Positions 31,758 to 42,768 of a stretch of 64,000 bases of DNA are shown here, piece after piece. The translations under genes were made by a program, and so were the position numbers. Origin of the DNA: Diplonema japonicum (lineage: Eukaryota; Protista; Euglenozoa: Diplonemea); contig OZ025661.1 of NCBI GenBank assembly GCA_964019335.1, forward strand, positions 620,001 to 684,000, read 5' to 3'. The first letter of the stretch is position 1. Each line of letters opens with the position of its first letter. The notes beneath the pieces are model-generated. The model made no database searches. It was not told the origin of the DNA and saw nothing but the letters and a program-made list of their open reading frames with translations.

Positions 31758-32772
31758 GAAGAAAAAAAAAAAACTTTTTATATTCGATTCCTCTCTATTT
31801 TTTTTTTTTTTTTTTCCCTTTCTTATTTTTTTTTTTTTTTTTCCCCTGACAACTAAAAAAAAAAAGTAAGGAAGAAGAAAGCTGTTTCTGTCTGGTTTTC
31901 TTATTATTTTTTTTCTTTGTTGTTGTTGGGGGAAAGAAAAAAAAATTTTTTGTTTCAAGAAAGAAAGAAAGAAAGAAAAAGGGAGGGAAATCTCGTTCCT
32001 GAATATGCTGACGTAAGGAGATGAATAAATAAAGGAGGGGGGAAAACGGAAAAAAAAAGAAAACTACAGTTCCCTCTCTACTTTTTATTTTATAATTTTT
32101 ATTTTTTAAAGCTGAAAGGCGTGTTGTTCAAGTGACAAACTGGCCTGTTGCTTTTTTTTCTTTCTTTTTTTTTCCCCGCCTCCCTTTTGCCCTCTCCGGG
32201 GTCGAAAGTCGAGGGAGAAAAAGGAAGAAGATCTACTGCTCTTTTTCTCTACCTGGCTCGGATGGCAATAAATGTGGTTTTTTTTCCTTTTTGGTTTTTT
32301 CACCCTCGTTCTTTCTTCTTCCTTTTTTTCTATTACGTCTTAACTCAGATTTTTTGTTACTCTTGAGATTTTTCTTTCTTTCTTTTAAACTTTTTATTTT
32401 TTTTATTCTTCTTATTTACTTTTTTATTATTCTTCTTCCTTTTCCTTAAAAAGTCAGTGCTTCCACTAAACTTCTAAAGAAAAATGAGAGAGAAAAAAAA
32501 AAAAAACGGGGGAGGGTGGTCCCCCCCTCCCCGTTTCCGATATACCTCTAGAATGCCTCAACAACAAAAAAAAGGCAGGGGGAAAAAAATGCGAAAAAAA
32601 AAAAAAAAGAAGAGAGCGAATTCTTTGCTCGTCAAGCTCCTTCCTTCCTCCCTCCCTCTTTCTTCTGTTTTTAATATTTTTTTTTTCTTTTTTTTTTCTC
32701 TCCACCTTTCTTTGGCGCCTCTTGGGGAAAAAAAAAGAAGGGAGGGAAAAGGGTGGAATTTTTCAATGCCTC

Positions 32773-32805
<33 letters not shown>

Positions 32806-32808
<3 letters not shown>

Positions 32809-33548
32809 AGCACACGGATTCATTTAGAAATAGAGCTGGGAGGGCGCAGCTCCACTGTAGTGATCGAGAAAGGGAGGTCGGCCAGAGAAACTGCTGAAGA
32901 GTTTGTTGCAAGGGAAGGCTTGGGGGTGCATGTGGTGAGTATTCTGGCAGACTACATAGGTCGGCAGCAGGCGAGGTTAGTCCACGAAACACCGGCACCC
33001 GCACCTCCCCCACCACCTCCTCCTCCTCCTCCTCCTCCTCCACAACCCCAACCCGCGCGGCAAAAAATTAAAAACCCAGGTAACAGGCTGTACAACGTGG
33101 GCATGTCCAGCATAAGAAGGAAAGACGAAAAACACTCCGAAAATCTGAAGAGGATGGAAACGCAAGAGTTTGTGGCAGAAGAGGAGGCGGTGAATGCTCG
33201 TTGGAGGGCACTTGAAAAGTCGGAGACAAGCCTCCCTGCACACACCCCGCTCATCACAGAAAAAGCACGCTCTATTAAGCACAAGGTACCTCTCCACAAG
33301 CTGCCCAGGTCAGCGTCCTCCAAGAGGAAGTCCCCATTCCTCCCTACAGAGGAAGCGGAGTTCATGGAGTTCACGGGGAAGCCGCACGTTCCGTCTGCGA
33401 GGCGGACCACGATGCCGCTGGGCGAGGAGGGGGGGAACATCTTTGACATGCTGTATCAGGACGCAGATACTCGAGCGAACAAACAGTACTTCACAGAGCA
33501 AGCCACGCTGAGCAGCCTGCGTTCCTCTTCGGTGCAGAGGTATTTTTT

Positions 33549-33584
<36 letters not shown>

Positions 33585-33683
33585 AGATCCGTCCGTCCGC
33601 CTGTGCAAGTGCACCCCAGACAAGATGTGTTTCAAAGATTGTCGCGTTCAACGAGTCGGTCAAGAAGTAGCGAGCCTAGATAA
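32806..33683 (+). CDS. Hypothetical protein, 2 exons, ~276 aa, poly-Pro and repeated F/N-x-R-L-Y-like motifs
   Basis: Exons 32806-33539 and 33587-33683, separated by a 47-nt GT-poly(A)-CAG intron. Splicing yields ...QRSVRPPVQVHPRQDVFQRLSRS..., echoing the GNRLY and IFDMLY motifs. Confidence 0.72.
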
Positions 33684-33804
33684 TTTTTTTTTGTTTTAGA
33701 GTCTCCTTTTTTTTTTATTGATTCTCCCCGCCTGTTTCTAACAACCAGAAGAAAAAAAAAAAAAAGAGAAATAAAAACCAAAACACAAAAAAAAAAACCC
33801 CCCC

Positions 33805-35469
33805 ATGCCATCTAAAAGAATCGTTAAGAAGCGTCCGCGAAGCGACTCGGGCACACCGGTCCCCGCACAACCACCACCAGCAACAAGGGTCTCCGCCGCA
33901 TGCGACGTTATTCAGTTCCACACGAACAACAACGATGGTCCGGTCGGGGAGGTGAATAAAAGGATCATGAGAAATACCTTGGAGAGCATTCTGTACCCGC
34001 TGAGTGTTAAGGATTTCAAGGAAAAATACTGGAACGGGGCGAAGGCATTGGCGGTCGTGGGCGGCGGGGAGGAACGGATCCAGTTCATAAAAGAACGGTT
34101 CTTCGACAACCTCGATGTCGACTCCCTGCTCCACCGAACCCCCTCCGAGCAGATCAACGTTTGGATGACAAAGACCTCCGGCGAAAACACCTCATTCAAA
34201 ACATCTGAAGAAACTGCAAAAGAGTGCTACCAATGCGGAGCATCACTCTACTTCCGAGCTCCGGAAGAATTCGAATCAAGCTTTCTTGCATTAATCGGTG
34301 AAGGCCTAGGCATGGGCCATGCTGCATTCCACCACGATGGCGACCTCCGAGCTGAAGTCGAAACCTTCGTCTCCCACAAAGGCCACACCACATCCTGGCA
34401 TTTCGACTTTATGGAAAACATAACAATCCAATTGAAGGGGAAGAAAACATGGAAGTTGAAGAAATCCGGTGTTGCGCACCCGTACCGAGCTTGCGCTTTG
34501 CATTTTGAAAGCCCGGACTCGGCTCTTTTGGGAAATCAGACGGTTCTCGCAAAACTTCAAAACCCCGAATTCACCCCGATTTCTTCCCCCCAAGAATCCG
34601 ATTACGAGTGCGTCACCCTGTCAGCAGGGGACATTATGTACCACCCTGCTGGGATATGGCACGAAGTTTCCACTGATGAAGATTCGATTAGTGTCAACCT
34701 CTCATATATGCACAAAACATGGGGGGAGATTCTCTTAGACGCGGCAGGGCACTTGACGAGAAAACATCCTTTGTTGCTGCAGAGGTATTCATCGAAAGGG
34801 TCCGGGGGCTACGAGGGTGTACTGTCGGAGCTCCAACCGAAACTGGAACTTTTCGTCGAGGAACTGAAATCGCTGGTCCCGCAGGACATCCTCCCACGGT
34901 GCAGGGTCCACCCGACAGACTGTATTAAAAGAGAAAAAAGTTTGTTGAAATCAGTTGTGATTTCAGAAGCTGGGTCGGTGTCCTCCGGTGGGTTTTCGTT
35001 CGACCCACCTTTACAAGAATTGTCCGGGGACGTGGGATCGATTTCTGTTGTGAAGAACCCTTTAGGTGTGTTGGTGTCCATTTCACAGTGTAGTGCCTGG
35101 CAGACCCCGAAGACGCTGGTTGCTTTCTCTAAGACCGCGAAACGAACCGCGCTTTCTGCGGAAAATCGTTCAGAAGACCATTCCAGCGACTCGAGCGATC
35201 CGGAATCGTCTGACCTTGACCGTCCTGGTACTCCTGTCCCTTCTACCCCTATGGTAAAGTACACTGCGCTGCTCACTACTACTGAAGATGGTGACGCGCT
35301 TGCGAAAATTACCATCCATGCCCCCGCCACCTGCACGGTCTTGAGGAAGGTATCGCAAGAAGGCCCCTCGATGAATATCCTGAAATTCAACGAAAACGGG
35401 AAGATTGACAAGTTAGACCTTGCTGCCCTGTCTGTCTTGCTGTGGATGGGGATGGTAAGGAAGGTGTAA
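33805..35469 (+). CDS. JmjC/cupin-4 2-oxoglutarate oxygenase (ROX-like)
   Basis: Fe-binding TSWHFD...WHEV, plus QLKGKKTWKL and GDIMYHPAG. Confidence 0.9.
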   Translation: MPSKRIVKKRPRSDSGTPVPAQPPPATRVSAACDVIQFHTNNNDGPVGEVNKRIMRNTLESILYPLSVKDFKEKYWNGAKALAVVGGGEERIQFIKERFFDNLDVDSLLHRTPSEQINVWMTKTSGENTSFKTSEETAKECYQCGASLYFRAPEEFESSFLALIGEGLGMGHAAFHHDGDLRAEVETFVSHKGHTTSWHFDFMENITIQLKGKKTWKLKKSGVAHPYRACALHFESPDSALLGNQTVLAKLQNPEFTPISSPQESDYECVTLSAGDIMYHPAGIWHEVSTDEDSISVNLSYMHKTWGEILLDAAGHLTRKHPLLLQRYSSKGSGGYEGVLSELQPKLELFVEELKSLVPQDILPRCRVHPTDCIKREKSLLKSVVISEAGSVSSGGFSFDPPLQELSGDVGSISVVKNPLGVLVSISQCSAWQTPKTLVAFSKTAKRTALSAENRSEDHSSDSSDPESSDLDRPGTPVPSTPMVKYTALLTTTEDGDALAKITIHAPATCTVLRKVSQEGPSMNILKFNENGKIDKLDLAALSVLLWMGMVRKV

Positions 35470-35968
35470 AAAAAGATTTTTTTTTATTCAGAAAAAAACA
35501 GTGGATCAAATGGGGGGGTTTTTTTGGGGATTTTTTTTTTCTTTGTCACCCCCCTCTCGCCCCCCCCAATTAAAAAGAATTATCTTTTTTTTTTGCCATT
35601 TTTAATTATCACCTCTAAAAAAAAAGGGGGGGGGGGGGGCACCCTTGTTCAAGCTAAAAAATACGTGGTTTGATGTAATATAATTATAGGCCACCGTTGG
35701 GTTTTATTAAAATTGGGGGGGGTTCTGAGTTACCATGGAGTGAGTTTAAAACTCTGCTTACAGACTTGAGGGGGTGGAATATCCCTGCTGTCCTCCAAGT
35801 TTTGGAAGGTGCGGGGGAGGGGGCTCCTCGGGGAACACTGGGTTATGGTGGGGCAATCCCCGCTTTCTTTCTTTTTTTTTTTTTTTTTTTTTTTCCCCTG
35901 GCTGGGGGGTTTCAACACAAAAAAAAAAAAAGGAAAACACACACAACCTCCCCCCAAAAAAAATAAAA

Positions 35969-36541
35969 ATGCCTGCCCGTCGCAAGGGAGAGCCTCTTAT
36001 GCGTGACCTCCACGCCACCACTGAAGAGATCGACAGCAAGATTCCTGCTGGGAAGACAGGGCTTGACTCGGTGCAGGGCTTGAGGGAGAAGGTGGACAGG
36101 ATATCGGAACAGATCCAGATTGCGGAGAAGGACAAGGGGGACAGAGTGGGCCAGGTTGAGAAGGACATCGCTAGCCATGAACTGAAGGCGATTTCTGCCG
36201 CACTTTTGAAATACAACAAAGTACCTGTGGATGCTTTTGAGATCAAGGAGCTAAGGAAGCTTGAGAGGAGCACTGAAGAGGAGAATGCCAAAAAGAAGCA
36301 AAAGCTGGCCACGGAGGTTGCTGAGAAGGTCAACGCCCAAGTTCGTTTCAATGAGCTGCAGTTTGCCGAAAAATTTGCTGAGACACAGGCGAAGGAGGTT
36401 GCCTTCCAAGCTGAAAGGAAAACCCTTACAGAGACCATCGAGGCTCTTCGTCTCGAGATTGAATCGCAGAAGAAGCTGACCGGGGACATCGCCAAGGCAG
36501 CGGCACAGCCTCCCCCAATTCAGCAAATCACGAAGGCCTAG
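35969..36541 (+). CDS. Coiled-coil protein, family paralog 2
   Basis: ATG 35969. Ends TIEALRLEIESQKKLTGDIAKAAAQPPPIQQITKA. Confidence 0.88.
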   Translation: MPARRKGEPLMRDLHATTEEIDSKIPAGKTGLDSVQGLREKVDRISEQIQIAEKDKGDRVGQVEKDIASHELKAISAALLKYNKVPVDAFEIKELRKLERSTEEENAKKKQKLATEVAEKVNAQVRFNELQFAEKFAETQAKEVAFQAERKTLTETIEALRLEIESQKKLTGDIAKAAAQPPPIQQITKA

Positions 36542-37197
36542 AATGTGACTAGCTGGAAAAAAAAAAAAAAAAAAAAAAAAAGAGGGGAAGGGAAAAAAAA
36601 AGAAGGGCGGTAAGAGAAAAAAAAATGTGAAAAAATTTAGACTTTTTTTTTTTCATTCAAAACATTTTTTTTCTTCTCCCCCCCTTCAACACAGACTGCA
36701 AAAAAAAAAAAAAAAGCCAGAAAAAAAAAAGAAAAAGTTTTTTATCCTAATATTTGATTTCTTTTTTTTCTGGCACCCACCATTTTTTCCCCCCCTCTTT
36801 TTTTTTTTTTGAAAAAAAGAGTAAAACAACATTTTTTTCGTTTCTTTTTTAGAGGGTCTTCTTTTTTTTTTTTTATCCTAGAGTGTCCCCAGAGGTCAAA
36901 AGAAGAAGAAAAAAAAGGATAACAGGTTAACATTTTTTTGTTTTCTCTTTTTTTTTTTTGCTTTTTTTTTTCTCCTCTGCACCCCCCCATTTCTCTCTTT
37001 TTTTTCTTTACGACCCAACGTTTTTTTTTTCTTCCCTTTTCTTTTCAAAACTTCTTTCTCTCTCTCTGTTCTTTTTTTTTATCCCCCCCCAAAAAAAGAT
37101 ATTTTCCCCCTCCCACCCATTTTTTTTTACCCCCCTTTTTTTTCTTACTCCCCCAAAAAAAAAACAAAAAACCAAAAAAGATAACAAAAAAAAAAAA

Positions 37198-37737
37198 ATG
37201 TCTCTCAAGAGGTCATCTGACGCGGCGAATGCTGAGGTTGTGGAGGTGGTGTCTGACATCTCGAAGAAAATCGATGACTTCATCTCTGCGGTGGCGGTGC
37301 TGAAGGATCTGGAGGAGAAGCCTGACCGCATCAAGGACGAGGTGGAGAATGCCGAGAGGGAGAAGCACGCAAGGATGGACGCCTTCGACAGGAAGATGGA
37401 GGAGCACGAGCTGATGACGATCCAGGAGATCCTCAGGAAGCAAAACAAGGAGTCCATCGACCTCGAGGAGTACAAGGAGCTCCAGGCCCTCCAGGTGAGG
37501 GAGGACGCCGACACCCGTGAGACCAAGAAGCGCAAGTTCGAAGCCGACGTCTCCGACAAGGTGAAGACAGAGCTTCAGCTGAAGGAGCTCCAGTACACCA
37601 AGAAGTTCGCAGAGGCCACCGCGAAGGAGGCATCCTTCACCACCGAGAAGAATATGCTCTACATGACCATCGAATCCCTCAGAGCTGAGATCGAGTCGCA
37701 GAAGAAACTCACTTCTGAGCTGGCTCTCCGCAAGTGA
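37198..37737 (+). CDS. Coiled-coil protein, family paralog 3 (179 aa)
   Basis: ATG 37198 after an A-run. Strong GC3 bias. Identical to 39850-40389. Confidence 0.9.
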   Translation: MSLKRSSDAANAEVVEVVSDISKKIDDFISAVAVLKDLEEKPDRIKDEVENAEREKHARMDAFDRKMEEHELMTIQEILRKQNKESIDLEEYKELQALQVREDADTRETKKRKFEADVSDKVKTELQLKELQYTKKFAEATAKEASFTTEKNMLYMTIESLRAEIESQKKLTSELALRK

Positions 37738-38402
37738 GAAAAAAAATTTTTTTTCTTTTCTTTTTAGATTTAGAGGGGAAAAAAAAAAAAAAGGAACCGT
37801 AACAAAAGGGCTCTTATTTTTTATCTTATTTCCTTTTGGTTCCTTTCTTTTTTTTTTTCAAAAGATTTTTTTTTATTCCCACCCCTTTTTTTTTCTTATT
37901 TAAAAAGTTCCGTTTTATTGTTGGTGGGGAAGGAGGGGGGGTTTTTTTTTTTAAACAGAATGGTTTTATTATTTTTTTTTCCTCTTTTTTATTTTTTTTG
38001 GTATTTTTTTCTTCTTTATTTGAAGTTAAATGGTTGGAAAAAGAAAGGGGAGGTTTTTTGGAGGGGAAGAAGAGAAAAAAAAGGGGGGGGGCGTTCTTTC
38101 TCTCTTTCTTTTTCTTCTTCTTCTTCTTCTTCTTCTTTTTCTCATTCTTCTCTCCCTTCTTTTTCTTCTTCTCCTCGGAAGTTAACGTTTTCTTTCTTTT
38201 CTCCCTTTTTTTTTCTTTCTCCCTTACCCCCTTTTTTTTCCTTGCATTTTTTATAGTTGTTGCAAAGGGCTTGGGAAGGAGAACACCGGTCCACAACCCT
38301 TGCTTGGCGGCCTGTCGCCTTTGAGTTCTGTCATGTTCAGGGTTTTTATTCCTTGCTCACCACCTCGTGGTCTCAGATTTTGGGGACTTTCGGGTCTTCC
38401 CT

Positions 38403-38440
<38 letters not shown>

Positions 38441-38444
<4 letters not shown>

Positions 38445-39771
38445 TAATCCCACAGGTAAAAAACCGAAAAGCCCATTTTGAGGCGATTCCAAAAAATTCA
38501 AAAAAATGGCAGCATTTAACCATACAAAGCGTTCTTTTTATGGAGAAATGACCTGTGGAGACATTCAGGTATCAGGGTTCCCCTGAACTGGCTTTTGAAC
38601 TTATGATTTTTGACCAACACCCTTTTTGGTAAGGGGGGGAAGAGGAGTAGAAAAAAGTGCAAAATAAATAATAATAAAATGCAGTAAAAACCCCTTGTAA
38701 CACTATTCTAGCCCAGATTTAGCTTGCGTTTCACACCTCTCTGTGGAGGGGGTCCGGGGGTCTATCAGTGAGATTCTGGTACTTGTCGGTGTTTCGGGCT
38801 CCTGAAGATCATCCTCGGTGATGTCTTCGTTCAGGTGGTAAAGCCGAAAGCAAGGTGTGGAATAGAGGCACTTGTCACAGGTGGAACATTAGCCAGAGGA
38901 CCTTTTAAGACCCATGCAATGATGGACTACGCACCTATTATGCTAATTTTCGCAAGAAAATGCTCTTTGATGCGGTCAAACCTTACATCCTTCGAGTCTT
39001 GTGGTCTCGATGGTGCAGGTTCTTTGGCCATGCATTTACAGAGGCCGTGCGATGCATTCTTCCAGTTCATTGAACTTGATGGAGGAATTGACGCTCTTCG
39101 CAAGTACCCAGCAGTTGAAGAGGCTTTTATCAAGCAGGAACCTTAATAGTTTCATCTGCCACCGGCGGCTTTGGACTACCTTGTGTTGCGTTGGGTGGCA
39201 GCGTCGTTCCCATCTACACCCCCCCATAAGGTTTGAACGACTTTTGGATGGGAAAGGCGACCCTGGACTTTTTCTTTGCCTTGCCGACCCATCTTTGACA
39301 AGTGGCGGTCATCTTTGGCTTGAAAGGGAGTGTGCTCAGGAGGCAGGAGTGTGCTCAGGAGGCAGCCACAAAAAAAAGTGCATGCTGGGCCTGTTTCAAT
39401 GGAACACACAGAACTCTCCCTTTTCATCACCTGCCCCCGTTCCTTGATAGTCCGGGAGGCCTTTCCCCAACGTTGCATCACAGCTTCCAGCGGGCCTTGT
39501 AGAGTTTGTCATGCCGGGCTGATCTCATCTCGATCAGGGTCCCGGGATGGGTCCTTGCACAGATATATGTTTCCAAAGAACAGCTCAAACTGGTTTCCGG
39601 ACATGACGCGCGCAAACCCCTGAGTATGCATAATGGAGTCAGGATCGGTTTTCCAGTAGTCACGGAAGTTGGGACGGATGGTGAGTCCATGGGTCGTGGG
39701 GACGAAAAAGTACTTAGAGGAAAAAACGATTTTTCAAAACGACAAATATTTGCGCCTTGGAGTGTTACGGG
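38441..39771. mobile_element. Possible decayed TTAA-flanked insertion between the duplicated genes
   Basis: Homopolymer-poor block with broken ORFs, bounded by ttaa|ccactaat and ttacggg|ttaa. The TIR match is weak and no transposase motif was recognised. Confidence 0.3.
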
Positions 39772-39803
39772 TTAAAAGAAAAAAATATCAAAACAAGAGC
39801 ACG

Positions 39804-39849
<46 letters not shown>

Positions 39850-39852
<3 letters not shown>

Positions 39853-40389
39853 TCTCTCAAGAGGTCATCTGACGCGGCGAATGCTGAGGTTGTGGAGGTG
39901 GTGTCTGACATCTCGAAGAAAATCGATGACTTCATCTCTGCGGTGGCGGTGCTGAAGGATCTGGAGGAGAAGCCTGACCGCATCAAGGACGAGGTGGAGA
40001 ATGCCGAGAGGGAGAAGCACGCAAGGATGGACGCCTTCGACAGGAAGATGGAGGAGCACGAGCTGATGACGATCCAGGAGATCCTCAGGAAGCAAAACAA
40101 GGAGTCCATCGACCTCGAGGAGTACAAGGAGCTCCAGGCCCTCCAGGTGAGGGAGGACGCCGACACCCGTGAGACCAAGAAGCGCAAGTTCGAAGCCGAC
40201 GTCTCCGACAAGGTGAAGACAGAGCTTCAGCTGAAGGAGCTCCAGTACACCAAGAAGTTCGCAGAGGCCACCGCGAAGGAGGCATCCTTCACCACCGAGA
40301 AGAATATGCTCTACATGACCATCGAATCCCTCAGAGCTGAGATCGAGTCGCAGAAGAAACTCACTTCTGAGCTGGCTCTCCGCAAGTGA
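39850..40389 (+). CDS. Coiled-coil protein, family paralog 4 (identical copy of 37198-37737)
   Basis: CDS reads identical to the upstream copy. Confidence 0.9.
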
Positions 40390-40797
40390 GAAAAAAAAAT
40401 TAGATTTTTAGAAGGAAAACATACCCCTCCCCCCTTCCAGGATCCAAAGCTACCTTATTATCTTATATTTCCTTTTGGGTTCCTAAGGGTGAGAAGGGGT
40501 TTAAAAAAAAAAGTGTGTGGAAAAAGAAGAAAACAAAGTATTTTCTTCTTTTTTTCCCCTCCCCCCTTCCCCCCTCTTCCCCCGCCATCGTTTTTTTTTT
40601 TTTTTCCCGTTTTTTTTATTTTTTTTATTTCCTCTCTATTTTATCCCCGCGCCCCCCCATCTTCCCCGTTTTAATTTTTTTTATTTATTTTTTTCTCTCT
40701 CTCCTGTGGGGGTGGCGATGTTTCCCCACCAAAAAAGTGGGGAGGGAGGGAAAAAAAAAAAAAAAAAAAAAAAACACACACACACTAGAAAACACCT

Positions 40798-41099
40798 ATG
40801 GGGTACACCGTGCACAGCGGCACTGGGAAAAGAGTAGTAGGCCATGGGTCAGGCTCATGTATGTGACTTTCTTGCTAGGGTGGGAGAGAGAAGGGGTGTA
40901 CAATACAAACAAAACAGTATCCGGCATTGCCCTGCCGGACTGTGGTAGAGCGTGTGACGCCTCATTCATGTCACCGCCGCCAATCACCTATGGAGGCCAC
41001 CTGATGACCCTTCCAAAACTCTGGATGCATTCAGACCCATCTCCAAGCCTGAAAAGCGGGCTCAGCAGCACTCACCCCAACGCAGATATTACCTGTTGA
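40798..41099 (+). CDS. Candidate 80-aa two-exon microprotein
   Basis: Exon 40798-40858, intron GTATGT...AAAACAG (40859-40917) and exon 40918-41099 give one open frame, MGYTVHSGTGKRVVGHGSGSLSGIALPDCGRACD...NADITC*. Confidence 0.5.
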
Positions 41100-41196
41100 G
41101 ACGGGTGCGGGATTTGTAAACATTTACACCAATTTTTTTTTTTTCTTTTTTTCTCTTTTCAAAAAAAAAAAATTGACAGGAAGGGGGGGAAAAAAA

Positions 41197-41901
41197 ATGT
41201 TCGGAGGTGTACTCGATCCAACGGCGATTCTGTGCCTCATGTGCGTGGTGATACCAGCGGTTAAGGAACCAGACACTACTTACGAGGAGAGGCTTTCCTT
41301 CGCGACCGATCCCTTGGTCGTGGGAACGTTCTTGAGCATGGTGCTGTTTTCATTGTTTGTGAGGTGGCAAGGATGCGTGGAGCTCAGCGCAAAGGACAGA
41401 CGCAAGGCCAGGTGGTACCTGTGGAACGGGTTCGTGATCCACTTTTTGATGGACGGGTGCGTGGGGGGGTTGGGCCAGGTCCCACTCCTCCTTAAACAGT
41501 ACCTGGCAGTGGACCCTCGTTATGCCAGCGTGGCCACCAGCGGTTCCTACTCAGTACCAGTGGTAATTGCTTTGCTCGAAATGTCCATTTGGGCTCCTCT
41601 ATGTCTTCTGTCGTATTACAGCATGCGACGCGGGTTGACGTGGTCCCCTGCAGTGCAGCTTCTTACCTCGGCGCTGCACCTTGTCGGGACCATCGCCTTC
41701 GTGCTGCCTGAGGTGCTCGAAGGCTTCCCAAACATAGTGACGGACCCCAATCTCGAGTTCACGATGCACCACATTACTTACTTTTGGTTCGGGTTCGGGC
41801 TGAACGTGCTTTGGATCGTGGTGCCTCTTCTGTACATGAAGGACGCGTTCGTCCTGTGCTGTAAGGGGTTGGAGCACCGTGCAACTGTTAAGAGAGAGTG
41901 A
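41197..41901 (+). CDS. EXPERA/EBP-family sterol isomerase-like protein, copy 1
   Basis: WYLWNGFVIHFLMDG, YLAVDPRY and FWFGFGLNVLWIVVPL. Confidence 0.88.
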   Translation: MFGGVLDPTAILCLMCVVIPAVKEPDTTYEERLSFATDPLVVGTFLSMVLFSLFVRWQGCVELSAKDRRKARWYLWNGFVIHFLMDGCVGGLGQVPLLLKQYLAVDPRYASVATSGSYSVPVVIALLEMSIWAPLCLLSYYSMRRGLTWSPAVQLLTSALHLVGTIAFVLPEVLEGFPNIVTDPNLEFTMHHITYFWFGFGLNVLWIVVPLLYMKDAFVLCCKGLEHRATVKRE

Positions 41902-42087
41902 ATGGGATTACAAAAGAAGAAAAAAAAAATGATTTTATAACCATATCCGTTCACGAACCAACGTCATAACGAATTACATATTTTCTTTTTTTAATATTTT
42001 CTTTTGCAATTTGGTGTTAAGTGTCATACAGAAGGGGAAAAAAAAAAAGAAAAAAAGAAAGGAAAAAAAAAAAAAAAAAAAAAAAAA

Positions 42088-42768
42088 ATGATGCAATCCG
42101 TGCTGGATCCCACCGCCATCTTCTGTTTCTTCTGCATCCTGATACCAATGTACAAGGAGCCGGAAACAACCGACGCTGACAGGGTGGCATTTCTTTCCGA
42201 CCCGGCGTTCTTCTGCCCGCTTCTGGTGATCATGTTGGCGGCACTGGTTACCAGGGGTCAAGGGGTCAAGGTAGATGATAAAAGAGCTCGTGCTAGGTGG
42301 TACCTGTGGAACGCTGGTGTGATCCACGGCATGATGGATGGGCTGGTAGGGGCATTCGGCCAGCTCCCCATATTCGCCAAGCAGTACGCGATTCTTGATA
42401 AGAGGTTTGGAAATGGTGAAGTTACAGTGCCTGTTGTAGTGGGGATGCTGGAAATCTTCATATGGGCACCTCTGTGCCTGCTTACGTACAACGCGATCCG
42501 CCGTGGATTGCCTTCCGCTGCCCCCTTGGAGCTTATCACTTCTACGTGCCATATCGTTGGTACAATTGCTTTCATCACCCCCGAGTTCCTTGAAGGCTTT
42601 CCGAACATCGTGACCGACTTCAACTTTGAGTTCACCCTCCACCACATCGTGTACTTCTGGTTCGGTTTCCTGGTTAATTTCTTATGGATCTTCCTGCCCC
42701 TCTACCTCATGGTGGAGCCTTATAACACTTGCTGCGCTGCTTTGAGCAAGCACCAAAAAACAGAGTAA
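42088..42768 (+). CDS. EXPERA/EBP-family sterol isomerase-like protein, copy 2
   Basis: WYLWNAGVIHGMMDG, YAILDKRF and FWFGFLVNFLWIFLPL. Tandem diverged paralog of copy 1. Confidence 0.88.
   Translation: MMQSVLDPTAIFCFFCILIPMYKEPETTDADRVAFLSDPAFFCPLLVIMLAALVTRGQGVKVDDKRARARWYLWNAGVIHGMMDGLVGAFGQLPIFAKQYAILDKRFGNGEVTVPVVVGMLEIFIWAPLCLLTYNAIRRGLPSAAPLELITSTCHIVGTIAFITPEFLEGFPNIVTDFNFEFTLHHIVYFWFGFLVNFLWIFLPLYLMVEPYNTCCAALSKHQKTE

Noticed and set aside
27778-31958. Many overlapping antisense and alternate-frame ORFs within long genes
   Set aside because: Shadow ORFs of GC-rich or repetitive coding sequence, with no independent motifs.
32063-32090. Weak resemblance to a euglenozoan spliced-leader exon (ctacagtt...tactttttatt); also an 11-mer at ~5132
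   Set aside because: Short, imperfect, low-complexity matches expected by chance. No SL intron or Sm site.
38835-39775. Short ORFs as genuine genes
   Set aside because: Fragmented across frames with no motifs. Treated as a possible decayed insertion only.
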